DNA of 64,000 nt, from assembly GCF_006345805.1 (NCBI RefSeq), contig NC_042997.1:76942001-77006000 (forward strand), read 5' to 3'. The notes below the pieces were generated by a model that was not told the DNA's origin, did no database searches, and worked only from the letters and a program-made list of their open reading frames with translations. Below, piece after piece: positions 10,301 to 23,659 of this stretch (position 1 is its first letter; every line of letters begins with the position of its first letter). A program made the position numbers and the translations under genes. Source of the stretch: Octopus sinensis (lineage: Eukaryota).

Positions 10301-13170
10301 GGTAGTTATAACATAGACTGGTAGTCACAGCATAGACTGGTAGTTACAACATAGACTGTTAGTTAGAGACTTTAGGATCAGGACTAAGAGAACGACCAGA
10401 AGACAACCAACATGGAGAAGAAGGGTCTGGAGGCTTAAAGATCCTGCGAATGAACAGAGATTTAGAGTCATATTACTTGAAGCCTTTGACGAAATAGAAG
10501 GGGATATAGCTTCACAGGGGGTAGAAGACAACTGGAGGTCTCTAAGGGACAACCTGTTGAGAGCCATTGACCAAATCTGTGGTTGGTGCAAAGTCCCCTC
10601 AAGACCCAAAATAACGTGGTGGTGGAACAATATTGTTGACAGGGCTATTAGACAAAAGAAACAGGCTTGGAAGGACTGGAAGAACGGTGGTAGCAGGCAA
10701 GTGTATCAGACTGCCAGAAGGGAAGCTAGGAGGCAGGTGTATTTAGCCAGAGGGGAAGAAGAAAAAATTTGCCAATGTTCTGTGCCGTGAGGACCAAAGA
10801 CTTGAGGTATTTTGTGTTGCAAGACAGTGTGTGAGAGAGAATCGTGATGTGGTAGGAGAGAAATGTGTTCGCATGGATGATGGTTCACTTGCGCTAAATG
10901 AGGATGCAAAGAGAGAGGTTTGGAGACACCACTATGAAAGGTTGCTGAATAAAGAAAATGAATGGGATAAAGAGAGTCTGCCGAATGTCGACCCAACAGA
11001 GGGACCAGCTATTCGAGTTGACAGTTCTATTGTCAATTAGAAGCATGAAGACAGGGAAAGCCCTAGGCCCATCAGAGATGCTCAAAATATCTGGTAGTGT
11101 CGGCTATAGCCTAGTCACCCGTATAGTTAACCAGGTGATACACGAAGGAGTCATTCCTAATGACTGGTGTAGCAGCATAATGGTCAACTGCTACAAAGGT
11201 AAAGGTGACGCCCTAGATACAAATAACTACAGGGCTATCAAGCTGTTGGATCAGGTAATGAAGGTTACGGAGAGGGTCATAGCCCTAGTGATGCACCAGA
11301 GTGTACACTTACGGTACAAGGAGGTGAATATAAGTGGAGTGGCATACAAGCTTGGACAGGGTGATTGAGCAGGGAGTTCAGTAGAGGGTAAACGGGGAGA
11401 AGCAGTGAAGAGGAATGAGTGGTAATTAGAGAGAGAGTTAGTTTAGATGAGATGCAGTTTGGGTTCGTGCCAGGGAAAAGTACTACTGATGCTATATTCC
11501 TGGTAAGACAGCTGCAGGAGAAATACCTAGCCAAAGATTAGCCCCTGTACCTGGCTTTTGTTGACATTGAGAAAGCCTTCGACAGGGTCCCCCGATCCCT
11601 TATCTGGTGGTCAATGAGGAAACTAGGGATAGATGAATGGTTAGTGAGAGCTGTGCGAGCCATGTACAGGCAATAACGGAGGAATTCAAGACGGGATGCC
11701 CCTGGGAGCTCCTCTATGCTGATGACCTTGCTCTAATTGCTGAGTCACTATTAGAACTGGAGGAGAAGTTTCAGGTGTGGAAGCAAGGATTAGAATCGAA
11801 GGGCCTTAGAGTCAACCTAGCTAAAACCAAAGTCCTAATAAGTAGGAAGGTAGACAAATCACAAATGCCTTCAGTTAGATGGCCCTGCTCGATGTGTAGA
11901 ATAGGCGTAGGTAGAAACTCTAAAAGATGCACCAAGTGTAAGTTATGGACACATAAGAGGTGCAGCAATGTCAAAGGAAGGCTAACTAGGAAAATAGTTT
12001 TTGTATGTGGCAGATGCTTAGGAGCAATAAACACTGAAAATGTGCAGAGACCAACTTCCGCCACATTCCAGGGAGAAAAACTAGAAATAGTTGATAGCTT
12101 CTGTTACCTAGGTGACCAAGTCAGTAGTGGGGGTGGGTGTGCTGAAAGTGTAACTGCTACAGTAAGAATAGCCTGGGCAAAGTTCAGGAGCTCTTACTCC
12201 TGCTGGTGACAAAAGGCCTCTTGCTCAGAGTAAAAGGCAGACTGTATGATGCATGTATACGAACAGCCATGCTACATGGTAGTGAAACATAGGCCGTGAC
12301 TGCTGAGGATATGTGTAAGCTCGCAAGAAATGAAGCCAGTATGCTCCGATGGATGTGTAATGTCAGTGTGTAAGTACCTTGAGAGAAAAGTTGGACCCAA
12401 AAGGCATCAGTTGTGGTGTGCAAGAGAGATGTTTGCACTGGTATGGTCATGTGACAAGAATGGATGAAGATAGTTGTGTGAAAAAGTGCCACACCCTAGC
12501 GGTTGAGGGAACCTGTGGAAGAGATAGACCCAGGAAAACCTGGGACGAGGTGGTGAAGCACAACCTTCGAACTTTAGGTCTCACCAAGGAAATGACTAGT
12601 GAACGAGACCTATGGAAGTATGCTGTGAGTGAGAAAACCCGGCAGGACAAGTGAGACCATAACCCGTGGCCTCTACCTGAGATGTAGCCAGTCCACTTAC
12701 GCATACCTTTCCTTCTTGGGACACAAAACTCTACTTGTGAAGACCTGTTGAGGCAAGTGAGAATCAGAATCAAAATCGATCAACATCAATGGAAATTATA
12801 GCTGTGATACCAGTGCCGGCAGCACGTAAGCGAACCATTCGAACGTGGCCGTTGCCAGCGCTGCCCCGACTGGCCTCTGTGCCAGTGGCACGTAAAAAGC
12901 ACCATCCGATTGTGGCCATTGCCAGCCTCGCCTGGCCCCCGTGCCGGTGGCGCGTAAAAAGCACCATTCGACCGTGGCCTTTTGCCAGCCCCGCCTGGCA
13001 CCTAAAAATCACCCACTACACTCACGGAGTGGTTGGCATTAGAAAGGGCATCCAACCGTAGAAACATTGCCAGATCAGACTGGGCCTGGCGCAGCCTTCT
13101 GGCCTCCCTGACCCTAGTTGAACTGTCCAACCCATGCTAGCATGGAAAGTGGGCGCTAAATGATGATGAT
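10301..13170 (+). mobile_element. RTE LINE, 5'-truncated, multiply deleted and frameshifted, with 3' UTR and (GAT)n tail
   Basis: ORFs 10557, 10831, 10958, 11637 (ELLYADDLALIAES, PHD-like motif) and 12379 are collinear with the 17867-20041 RT. Confidence 0.93.
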
Positions 13171-13274
13171 ATGTATGCTTTCTACAACCATTACAAGGCA
13201 GGCAGACAGTGACATATACACACATGCATACAGGTGCGCATGTACATGCGTGCACACACACACACACTCACTGG

Positions 13275-13395
13275 TTTAGTCAGCCCATGACTATAGTAGA
13301 AGACATTTGCCAAAAACATCATGACCAAATCTGAAATCTTGTAGTTGAGAAGCAGACCTCTTACTACATAGCTGCACATGTGCCTACTAGCCATG
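13275..13395 (-). mobile_element. CORE-like SINE fragment
   Basis: CTATAGTAGAAGACATTTGCCAAA... is the reverse complement of the SINE core. Confidence 0.5.
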
Positions 13396-14032
13396 TCTGC
13401 ACATATTGTAGATATAAATATTGAAAATATACTCTCAAAAGGTAAAATTAATATCCATAAAATTATGTTATTAACAATTCATCTCAAATATTTACCAGCA
13501 CTAAAAGAGTTGGGTTGGTCACAACCAAGTAATTTATTGTTTCAATAACTTCATTTGTTATTATTTTTTCACTCTTTGCTATTTAGGGACACTATCTCAC
13601 ACACACACACAGAGGCAGAGAGATTAATTCTTAATATAAACATGAATTGGTTTGTCTTATTGATATCTGAATTAAATGAAAGTATACTTATTCAGTTAAA
13701 ACATATGCCAAAAAATAGCAGCATCTCCACTTAACAGCTGTTAAAACAAAACAAAAAAAAATGAAGCCATTATTATGGATTTATATAAAACACTTCTGAT
13801 ATTTAAAGTAATTAATCTGGTTTCTTGTTGGTTGCACTTGCTTTCGGAAATGTGTTTCCATCTTATGGAGCATGGGAATACATTTTCAAACTTCATAATG
13901 TTTGTGACATGATTATGCTAAGCGGCTTCTCTATTTCTTGTCTAGATTTTCAGAATTTAGAAGTTCTTTTTGTGTTTGTGAACCATTTCTGAAAAAACAC
14001 TTGTACATGTATGTCTGCCTGCATGCACACAT

Positions 14033-14070
<38 letters not shown>

Positions 14071-15676
14071 GCACACACACATACACATGAAGACTGTTAA
14101 TCTGTTATTGCTTCTGGAATATTTATTTTATATTTAATATGAGTTGGGTTTTTTTTTCATGTAGTTAAGCGTTAGTGTTCTGATGGAACTGCAACATTTG
14201 ATGTTAGTTTGTCAAAAAAAAGTGTTTTCACTTTCACTATGAAATAAAAATATTATGCATCAAAAAGAATTTATTTTCAAAAGCAATCAGTTCAATATTT
14301 CAAGGATGATAGTTCAATATAATATTTCAAAAGAACACTGGATAGTAGGATATGATAAAATTAATGACTTGCAATATTTGCTTACATCTCTATTATATGT
14401 ATTTCCTGTTCAAATCCTACTAAGGTTGTTTTTGACTTCCATCCTTCCTAGGTTCAATAAAATCAGTAATATTACATAAAAATTTGTGACCTTATGTCAA
14501 TCTAAAAAATCAACATTTTATTTAAATGTTGTGAAAAAAATCAAGCCTCTGGAGAATTTTTCCATTCATACTTTTTTTTTTTTTTTTTTTTTTTTTGTTA
14601 TTTACCAGCTCTAAAAGAGGGGATTAATCACACCCAAGTAATATCCTAAAATCAAGATGCCACATAAAAAGCATTGGTGTTGGTGTCATGTGAAAAGTAC
14701 CCATACTAGTGCCATGTAAAAAGCACTTTCTCAAGAGAGAAAGGTCTACTTAACCGGAATGGACTTACATACTGGACTAGGGTAGTAATTTGCAAAATAA
14801 TTGAGAAATGTTAGCTGAAGCAGTACTACTAACTGTCATTCTTAAATATCAATTGACTTAATGGATATACCAACCAAGGCGGCATTTTATATTGGATTAT
14901 CTTTTTTACTGTTTTACAGGTTTCTAGAATTAAAAAATTTTCTTGCTTCTGTAATTTGTTGTTTATCTTGTACCTTTGAAAGTGAAATACTTTACAAATA
15001 TTTGCAACTATTAATTAAAAAATTAGTATAACACTATATTTCAAAATAACTGGTTTCCCTTGTCTTACAAGTGAAACTTTTGAAAAAATTTCTAAGTGTT
15101 TGATAGAAGTTCAATAAATTTATGAAAATTGTCATATCTCACTGTTTAGTTTACTGTTTTTTTCACACCTTTTTTTAATGATTGCTGGTTATAAATCCTT
15201 ATCCATTATATCTATATTTATAGAAGTACATGCTATAACAAGGGTTTTGGTACATGTGAGCTGTAAAAAGCAACTGAGGTGCTAACTAATGACATTATCA
15301 TGCAAAGATTTCATATATATATTTATATGTATGCGTGTGCAGTATGAAAACTGCTTATTGCAATATGGATAGTATTGTCAACTAGCTATTGTTATCAAAA
15401 TTAATTGGTTGTAAGGTCTTTACTTAATATCATCATCTAGTTCTTGTTATCAAAAAGGCTTTATCTCAAAGTGAGCAAAATAAGTACCTTCACAGTGTGT
15501 GTGTGTGTGTAAATGCATTTCAACTCTCACAACAGAAGCATAACCTATTAATATAAAATTTGGAGACAAAATAGTTGTTTCTTCATGTAAAGCTTGACAA
15601 GTATGCAGAACATATTTGCTTCCTTTCCAGAGGTGAGAAATTATTGCATGTGTGTCCTTGAATTTTATTATATACA

Positions 15677-16057
15677 CTAGCAGTATCGCCCGGCGTTGCT
15701 CGGGTTGTAAGGGAAATAACTATATAAGCATTTTTAGAGAGTTATAGCCAAAATATAGCAAAAAAATGCATTAAAAATTGAAAAAAAATTAAGGTAAATT
15801 TTTTTTTAAATCGTTGACACATCGTAGATATTTTTAGAGAGTTACTTCCCTTATATAAAAGCGAAAATAATGCATTAAAATGGAAAAATATGATGGTAAA
15901 TTTTTTTTAAATCGTAGACTCATCGTAGACGCACGCTAATACCCAGAAGGGCTCGATATGAATCACGACTATAAGATACCCGGTTTTGGTTAAACTGCAC
16001 CGCAAAATGTGGGAGTAGTTAGGAATCTAAATCGTAGTAGACAGACACACAACTTCA
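15677..16057 (-). mobile_element. Non-autonomous Helitron (5' end disrupted)
   Basis: Minus-strand 3' end CCCGAGCAACGCCGGG hairpin plus CGATACTGCTAG|T; same family as 27674-28067. Confidence 0.8.
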
Positions 16058-16312
16058 GCTGCTTGATATAATGAAATTCGTATCCATTTTTTGTCAGAAT
16101 TACAAATTTTGAAAACACAATAGGAACAAATTTCGGAAAAAAATCTCCCATAATTCACGGAATTAAAATTACACTTCGATTTTTGTACGAAACTGTAGTT
16201 GAAATGTTTACGAAGTATAATACGTGTTTTCACGAATGTACTAAAGAGATTTGCTCTGATATTCTCATTTAAATATGAATAGGTAAATTCGGGCGGCTTG
16301 GTAACGAAAGGG
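16058..16312 (-). mobile_element. Half copy of the piggyBac-like element at 4607
   Basis: Reverse complement of ~4607-4870; ends GGTAACGAAAGGG|TTAA. Confidence 0.75.
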
Positions 16313-16337
16313 TTAAACGGATGCATACATTTATTAA

Positions 16338-17180
16338 TCTCTTATTATAATAACTATATATAAGTGTCGTCTGTTTATACATAAACACTGTTTCAAACTA
16401 CAATTATATATACATATATCTATATATAATATTATATAATAAAATATATACAGAGTAAAATAAAAACCAATTTACCTTTTCTGTCCGTCCGTGTGTCTTT
16501 GCAAATGTGTTGGAATGATAAGTGAGTCGTATTTTGGCGCCTTTTTTAATAACAAACACACACGTAGTTGTATGTGTATGTAGTTGTATATGTATGTGTA
16601 TGCGTGTGTGTGAGGAATGACACACACACACTCACGCACGCACACATGTACATCAATGCTTTCGGAGTGAAATGTTAAAATATTGAGTTTTCTCGAATTT
16701 TGTCTTAATTGGGGGTGAAATTGAAAGAAATATATTATGGCATGAGCGAATGGAGTACTTTGAAAAATCTTAGGTAAATTCTAATGGAAGAAATTGTGTG
16801 AGGAGTAAATCGTTATGTATTTATTTGTTTCTGTTTGCTGTGTTTTTATTTTTTGAGTAGTGGTTTAAATACTTTCAGTTTAGTCTTCCTCAAATCACTC
16901 TGTCGCTATTTACTTTCATTTTATTCGTTGCACACTGTGTGTGTGCGTTTGCGTGTGGTGTAAACCAGACTAAGAAAAGCATTTGACACACACACCAGAA
17001 TGTGAGTTTTCTGTAAATTTTGCTTAATTGGAGTTTAAATTTTAAAAACTGGACCTGGCATGACGCGATGCATTCTACTCTTAAAAATGCTAGGTAAATT
17101 GTAATTGAAGAAATCCTATATTGTAGATTTCTATAACTCCCAAAGGGAGGCAGGTAAAATCTGCCTTTTATAATAAGAGA
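16338..17180. mobile_element. Helitron-like or TIR-like non-coding element bounded by TCTCTTATTATAA ... TTATAATAAGAGA
   Basis: Inverted 13-bp ends, each resembling a Helitron 5' TC end; the right ~275 bp are almost identical to 29458-29730. Confidence 0.5.
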
Positions 17181-17866
17181 TACATACATACATACGTGTG
17201 TATGTGTGTGTGTTATATATCTGCACAAATATTCTTCAACAATTGTTCTAATCATCACCAATATTCATCATCATCACCGTTTAACGTCCGCTTTCCATGC
17301 TAGCATGGGTTGGACGGTTCAACTGGGGTCTGGCAAGCCCGAAGGCTGCACCAGGCCAGTCAGATCTGGCAGTGTTTCTACAGCTGGATGCCCTTCCTAA
17401 CGCCAACCACTCCGAGAGTGTAGTGGGTGATTTTATGTGCCACCGACACAAGTGCCAGACGAGGCTGGCAGACGGTCACACACATGGTGTTTTTTATGTG
17501 CCACCGACACAGGTGCCAGACGAGGCTGGCGAACGGCTACGATCGGATGGTGTTTGTTACGTGCCCACAGCACGGGGCCAGTCGATGCGGTACTGGCTAC
17601 GGTCCCGTTCGGATGGTTTTCTTATGTGCCACCGGCACTGGTACCACAAGGATACAAATTCCATTGATGTTCATCTATTGATTTGATTCGATTTGACTTG
17701 ACTTTCACTTGCCTCAACAGGTCTTCACAAGTATCACAAGCAGGAAGGTATGCACAGGTGGACTGACTACGTCCCAGGTAGTGGCTATGGGTTATGGCTT
17801 CACTAGTCTTGCCGGGTCTTCTCACGCACAGCATACTTCCATAGATCTCGGTCTCTAGTCATTTCC

Positions 17867-20041
17867 TTACGTTCGAAGGTCGTGCTTCACCACCTCGTCC
17901 CAGGTTTTCCTGGGTCTACCTCTTCCACGGGTTCCCTCAACTGCTAGGGATTGGCACTTTCTTACACACCTATCTTCATCCATTCTCGCCACACAACAAC
18001 TGATGCTTCTTAGGTACAACATTTCTCTCATGGAACTAACGCTCTGTCGAGTAAATACACTGACATTACACATCCATCGGAGAATACTGGCTTCATTCTT
18101 CATGAGCTTACGCATGTCCTCAGCAGTCACGGCCCATGTTTCACTGCCATGTAGCATGGCAGTTCGTACACATGCATCATACAGTCTGCCCTTTACTCTG
18201 AGCGAGAGGCCTTTTGTCACCAGCAGAGGTAAGAGCTCCCTAAACTTTGCCCAGGCTATTCTTATTCTAGCAGTTACACTCTCAGCGCACCCACCCCCAC
18301 TACTGACTTGGTCACCTAGATAACGGAAGCTATCAACTACTTCTAATTTTTCCCCTTGCAAAGTGACGGAAGTTGTTTTCTGCAGATCTTCGGAGGTCAA
18401 TGCTCCCGAGCATCTGCCACATACAAAAACTATCTCAACAGTTAGCCTACCTTTGACATTGCTGCACCTCTTATGAGTCCATAGCTTACACTGGGTATAT
18501 ATTATAGGGTTTCTACCAACACCTTTTCTACAGATTGAGCAGGGCCATCTTCCTGAGGACATTTGTGGATTGTCTACCTTTCTACTCATTAGTACTTTGG
18601 TTTTAGCTAGGTTGACTCTAAGGCCCCTCGATTCTAAACCCTCCTTCCACATCTGGAACTTCTCCTCCAGTTCTGATAGTGACTCAGCAATTAGAGCGAG
18701 GTCGTCAGCATAGAGGAGCTCCCAGGGGCAACCTGTCTTGAATTCCTCCACAATTGCCTGGAGGACTATGATAAATAGGAGGGGGCTGAGTACTGAACCC
18801 TGGTGGACCCCAACCTCTACTTTGAATTTCTCTGTGTACATGTTGCCAACCCTAACCTTACTTACGGCATCTCTGTACATGGCTTGCACAGCCCTCACCA
18901 GCCATTCATCTATTCCTAGTTTCCTCATTGACCACCAGATGAGGGATCGGGGGACCCTGTCAAAGGCTTTCTCCATGTCAACGAAAGCCAGGTACAGGGG
19001 CTTATCTTTGGCTAGGTATTTCTCCTGCAGCTGCCTTACCAGGAATATAGCATCAGTGGTGCTTTTCCCTGGCACGAACCCAAACTGCATCTCATCTAAA
19101 CTAACTCTCTCTCTAATTAGTTGGGCTATGACCCTCTCCGTAACCTTCATTACCTGATCCAACAGCTTGATACCTCTGTAATTATTTGTATCTAGGGCAT
19201 CACCTTTACCTTTGTAGCAGTTGACTAGTATGCTGCTACACCAGTCATTGGGTATGACTCCTTCGTGTATCACCTGGTTGACTATACGGGTGACTAGGTT
19301 ATAGCCGACACTGCCAGATATTTTGAGCATCTCTGCAGTAATTCCTGATGGGCCTGGGGCTTTCCCTGTCTTCATGCTTCTAATTGCCTTAGCTACCACG
19401 GAACTATCAACTCGGATAGCTGGTCCCTCTGTTGGGTCAACATTCGGCAGACTCACTTTATCCCATTCATTTTCTTTATTCAGCAACCTTTCATAGTGGC
19501 ATCTCCAAACCTCTCTCTTTGCATCCTCATTTAGCGCAAGTGAACCATCATCCATGCGAACACACTTCTCTCCTACCTCGTCACGATTCTCTCTCACACA
19601 CTGTCTTGCAACACGAAATACCTCAAGTCTTTCATCCTCACGGCGCAGAACATTGGCAAATTTTTTCTTATCCGCTTCCCCTCTGGCTAAATAGACCTGT
19701 CTCCTAGCTTCCCTTCTGGCTGTCTGATACAATTCCCTGCTACCACCGTTCTTCCAGTCCTTCCAAGCCTGTCTCTTTTGTCTAATAGCCCTGTCAACCA
19801 CAGTGTTCCACCACCATGTTACTCTGGGTCGAGATGGTACTTTGCTCCATCCACAGATCTGGTCAGTGGCTGTCAGCAGATTGTCTCGTAGAAATCTCCA
19901 GTTGTCTTCCACATTAAGTGAAGCTATATCCCCTTCTATTTCGTCAAAGGCTTCGAGTAGTATGTCTCTAAATCTCTGTCCATTTGCAGGATCTTTAAGC
20001 TTCCAGACCCTTCTCCTCCAAGCTGGTCTTCTTCTGGGCAA
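17867..20041 (-). pseudogene. RTE reverse transcriptase with inserted PHD-like finger; C-terminal deletions
   Basis: KAPGPSGI, NYRGIKLL, FVDMEKAFDRV, GVHQGSVLSP, LLYADD and FRYLG motifs; lacks GVQERRLRWYGH and the LGLT end found in sister copies. Confidence 0.92.
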
Positions 20042-20878
20042 TCATTTAGCTCTGATCCTGAAGTCGCTAACTACTAATCTATGTTGAGGAGTACATTCTT
20101 CGCCTGGAAAGGTTTTGGCATTTATAATCAGCCCTCTTTCCCTTTTTCTGGCAAGGATGTAGTCAATCTGGCTGGTGTGTCTGCCAGAACGGTAGGTGAC
20201 TAGGTGAGAGGTGGGTTTCCTGAAGTTGGTATTGCAGACCATAAGGTCATTTGCATCGCAGAACTCCAGCAGCCTGGTTCCCTCCTCATTACGAGAGCCA
20301 AAACCGTAGCCTCCATGGACGCCATGGAAGCCCCCGACATGCCGTCCGACATGTCCATTGAAATCACCTGCCAGGAAGAGGAGGTCACTGTCATTTGTCA
20401 ACGAGGTAGTCCGCAATAGGGTGTCATAGAATTGGTCTTTTTGTCCTTCTGGTAGTCCTGGTTGAGGGGCATATGCCGAGATGATGGTAGCTGTCCTGTG
20501 GTGGAGGACTAATCTAATTTTAATTACTCTGTCGCTTACTCTGACTACCTCGATTACCTTACCCACCCATTTCTCTGCAAGAAGTATACCCACGCCCCCG
20601 ACCCCGTCAGTGTTCCCTGCCCAGAAAATCTTGTACCTGTGTTCCTTGCCTGTGAGGAGCCTAGCGGAACCTCCTCTCCACCTTACTTCCTGGATACAAC
20701 ATACATCCACACGTCTCCGTTCAAGCAGCTCTACAATCTCTCCAGACCTACCTTTCAATGTGCCAACATTGAGTGTGCCAACTCTGAGGGTGTGGGAGGT
20801 GTAGGCCTCTGAGACCCTGGGATGAGGGACAGTCGTGTCATGTACCTGAAAAGAAAGCTTGCAGTTGGCAGATTTCAT
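20042..20878 (-). pseudogene. RTE APE-type endonuclease, in frame with the RT but separated by one TGA
   Basis: TLNVGTL, CIQEVRW, ISAYAPQ, LAGDFNGHVG, SQIDYIL and QHRLVV motifs. Confidence 0.92.
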
Positions 20879-23164
20879 ACTGAAACACTAGACTTCAACC
20901 TGCATACATTTCACAGTTTTTGCGCTATATGATCAAATAAACCCTACATGGGGATGCGGGTGGAGGGTGGTAAAGTAAGACTGGGTTAGAAACTTCCAGT
21001 GTTGGTGGAGAGCGAGAGACTACAGCTGCATACGTTTCACCGTTTTTGCTCCATATGATCAAAAAGAACCGACGTGGAAGTATACGCGGGGGGGGGTCAA
21101 GACAGCGGTAGAAACTTCCGGTTATTGGTGGAGGGGGTGGGAGGGCGGGCGCCTCAAAGGAGCAGCGAGAATGAATATAAAGCGTAGGGAATATTACACA
21201 CCATCTAGAAACTTTGGAAATTTAGTAGAACATAATTTAAATGAGAGGGGGCGAGATAGTACTTGTAAGGAGTCGTTGGAAAGGAATAACACGAGGAGGC
21301 CTGAAAACAAAAAAACAAAACAGACTGGAAGCCATGTTGGCAATGGCGATATAGATAAAGATAATAGAGAAACGGGATTAGGTTTACGATCAACGCTTAA
21401 AAATATGAATATGAATGGCAGGTTAGAAGTTAAGATCGCTTATCTGGGCATATTTCTGAGATCCGTGTTGTCATCAAGTAGCTCGAGAAATGGGACGAAA
21501 TAAAATCGTACACTGGTTTATAAGGAGTTAGGGATTGGGGGGGACATAGATCATATCAGTTTGCATGTCACCATCTCTCTTGATCCTGTATCATTTTGCT
21601 AGTGAGATTCAGCTGGTGTTCTATTCCTCTCAAATTTCACTCTATCTTCCTGTGTATATATAATGATATATAATGAAATTATTGTATACAGTGCTCAAGT
21701 GCACCAGGTGCCACTACTACAAGTGCTTCCTCGGATGATTACTCTTTTCACTTAACAATATCTATCCATCCAGTCTAGCATATCTCACCTTCTTTTCCCC
21801 ATTTCACCAGATAATAATGTTAGCACCTTCTCTAATAGAAATAAAAATAATAAAAACTCAATAGTTATTTAATAGTTAGGATACATAATTAACTAATAAT
21901 AAAATGAAAACTATTTGGCAAATTCACCTAAAATTTATCCATATAGAAAATCAAGCATGAAATTGCAATTAACTAATTTATACAAGTTGAAGAGAATTAG
22001 AGTGAAATTTTAAATTTAATAATTCAAAGCATTATATTTTAGTGACCAATTTATAAATCAGTCACTCTATTTTATTTTATTGCAATTCTTTCATTTATAT
22101 TTTGTATTTTTCTATCAAAAGAATTATTAAGAAAGTATTGGATTGGTTAAATATCTTTTTTCAATGATACTATTGACTTTTTTTATTAGCTGTTGTTGCG
22201 GTGTCATTAATATATTTCAATTGAATTACACATTATTGATTCAATGTCTATCAGTTTATTTTTCATTGAACATCATCAGATTTAGATTTTATACCTTACA
22301 AGGAAGGAATTTATGTGTGTGGAGGGCCAGTTCTTTATTCTGTTTATAGCTTTTATTGTACTTTCACAAATTTGAAATCAGTGTTCCCATTTTTTTTTTT
22401 TTTTTCTGTTTGGGAAATTGAAATTTCCCCTGTTGGTACTTCTAAATAAGCAGCTTATATATGCAAAAGCTAGTTTGTTTTCTTGCTCAATTTTTTTAAT
22501 AAGCAGCCTTAAGAATTATTGTTGAGTGAACATGAATAAATGCTGTAAAGTTTTATATATAAAAATTAAAATCTTGTGAAAAATAAGAAGATATCTTGTG
22601 TTTAATTAGTGTAAGAAAGATGAAAATTTGTGGATAGCAGACAAGAATCTTGCTCTCAAAAAGATGTGTTTCAATTTTACAAAAAGTTAGGTGGAGGTGG
22701 GGAATAGCAATACTACTGAAAGCATAGTTGTTAGAATAAGAACAGGATGAAGTAAATTTTCTACTACCATAGAGCTAATCTGAGTCGTGTGGATTCATTA
22801 TTTTTTCCTTTTGCCTACGTAAAAAAGTGTGTTTCTGTCTGGGAGATCTTTATGGTAGTAGAAAAGGCATTTAGCTCCTATTTCTAAAATCAGTGTGTGG
22901 CGAAGCTTTTAGCTGACCCCTTGATTATAATTATGTATATAATTATAGAATATTTGTACCTAAAACAGTTATTTTTAATGTACTGACTACTTGGTAAAAT
23001 TATTAATTAATTGATTAATTAATTAATTTTTACCCTTTTATCATTATTGCAATTATATATATACAAAGATAGATATGTATGTAACACCATTTGAGAAACA
23101 GTATTGGGGGGGGGCAAACACACACACACACACATGTATACATAAATGCATATACACTACATGA

Positions 23165-23270
23165 CTCAGTTTCCATCCACAAAATCCACTCGCACGTCCT
23201 TGCTCTGCCCAGGACTATAGTGGAAGATACACAATGTGTCTTGCAGGGGCACTGAACCTGGAACCATGTG
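23165..23270 (-). mobile_element. CORE-like SINE fragment
   Basis: CTCAGTTTCCATCCACAAAATCCACTCGCA...GACTATAGTGGAAGATAC...GGCACTGAACCTGGAACCATGTG is the reverse complement of the SINE. Confidence 0.6.
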
Positions 23271-23475
23271 TATGTATTTATGCATATATATATATATCAT
23301 ACGTGTATATATAAATACCACACACACACATTATGGATTATTATTTATGTAATATAAACTTTATCTAAATACAGCCAATTCATGTTACCAAACGATATCA
23401 TGTTTTGGAAGAAAAATCCAAATGTGGAGCGGTAAATCAACAATCATTGTATCATTGGACAAGACTGAATGAAAC

Positions 23476-23507
<32 letters not shown>

Positions 23508-23585
23508 AATCCCTTACTATTTACAAATCATAAATATATATATATATATATTTATCTGTAAATGTAATATGTGACAATTATTCGG

Positions 23586-23659
23586 TGGCCATGATAAAAC
23601 TCCAAGTTTCGGATGCCGAGGTGGAAATCCACGCCGCCATCACTTCAGCTATCCGGCCA
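23586..23659 (-). ncRNA. Type I hammerhead ribozyme (sense, 3' pLTR), A9U substitution
   Basis: UGGCCG-GAUAG-CUGAAGU-GAUG..CAUC-C-GAAA-CU(UGG)AGU-U-UUAUC-A-UGGCCA; 11-bp bulged stem I; GUU cleavage triplet. Confidence 0.8.

Larger units (their letters stand above)
17265..21510 (-). mobile_element. Near full-length RTE-clade LINE (5' limit approximate)
   Basis: APE endonuclease plus RT in one frame, 3' UTR tandem units and (GAT)n tail; CpG-rich 5' region up to ~21510. Confidence 0.93.

Noticed and set aside
20042-20044. In-frame TGA between RTE endonuclease and RT as programmed readthrough or selenocysteine
   Set aside because: The sister copy at ~10375 encodes Arg at this position; a CpG CGA>TGA mutation is the simpler explanation.
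21400-21660. HDV-like ribozyme at the RTE 5' end
   Set aside because: Known for some RTEs, but no double pseudoknot could be identified by eye and the 5' boundary is uncertain.
22745-22785. C/D-box snoRNA-like GGATGA...CTGA
   Set aside because: Too short, imperfect C box and no terminal stem.
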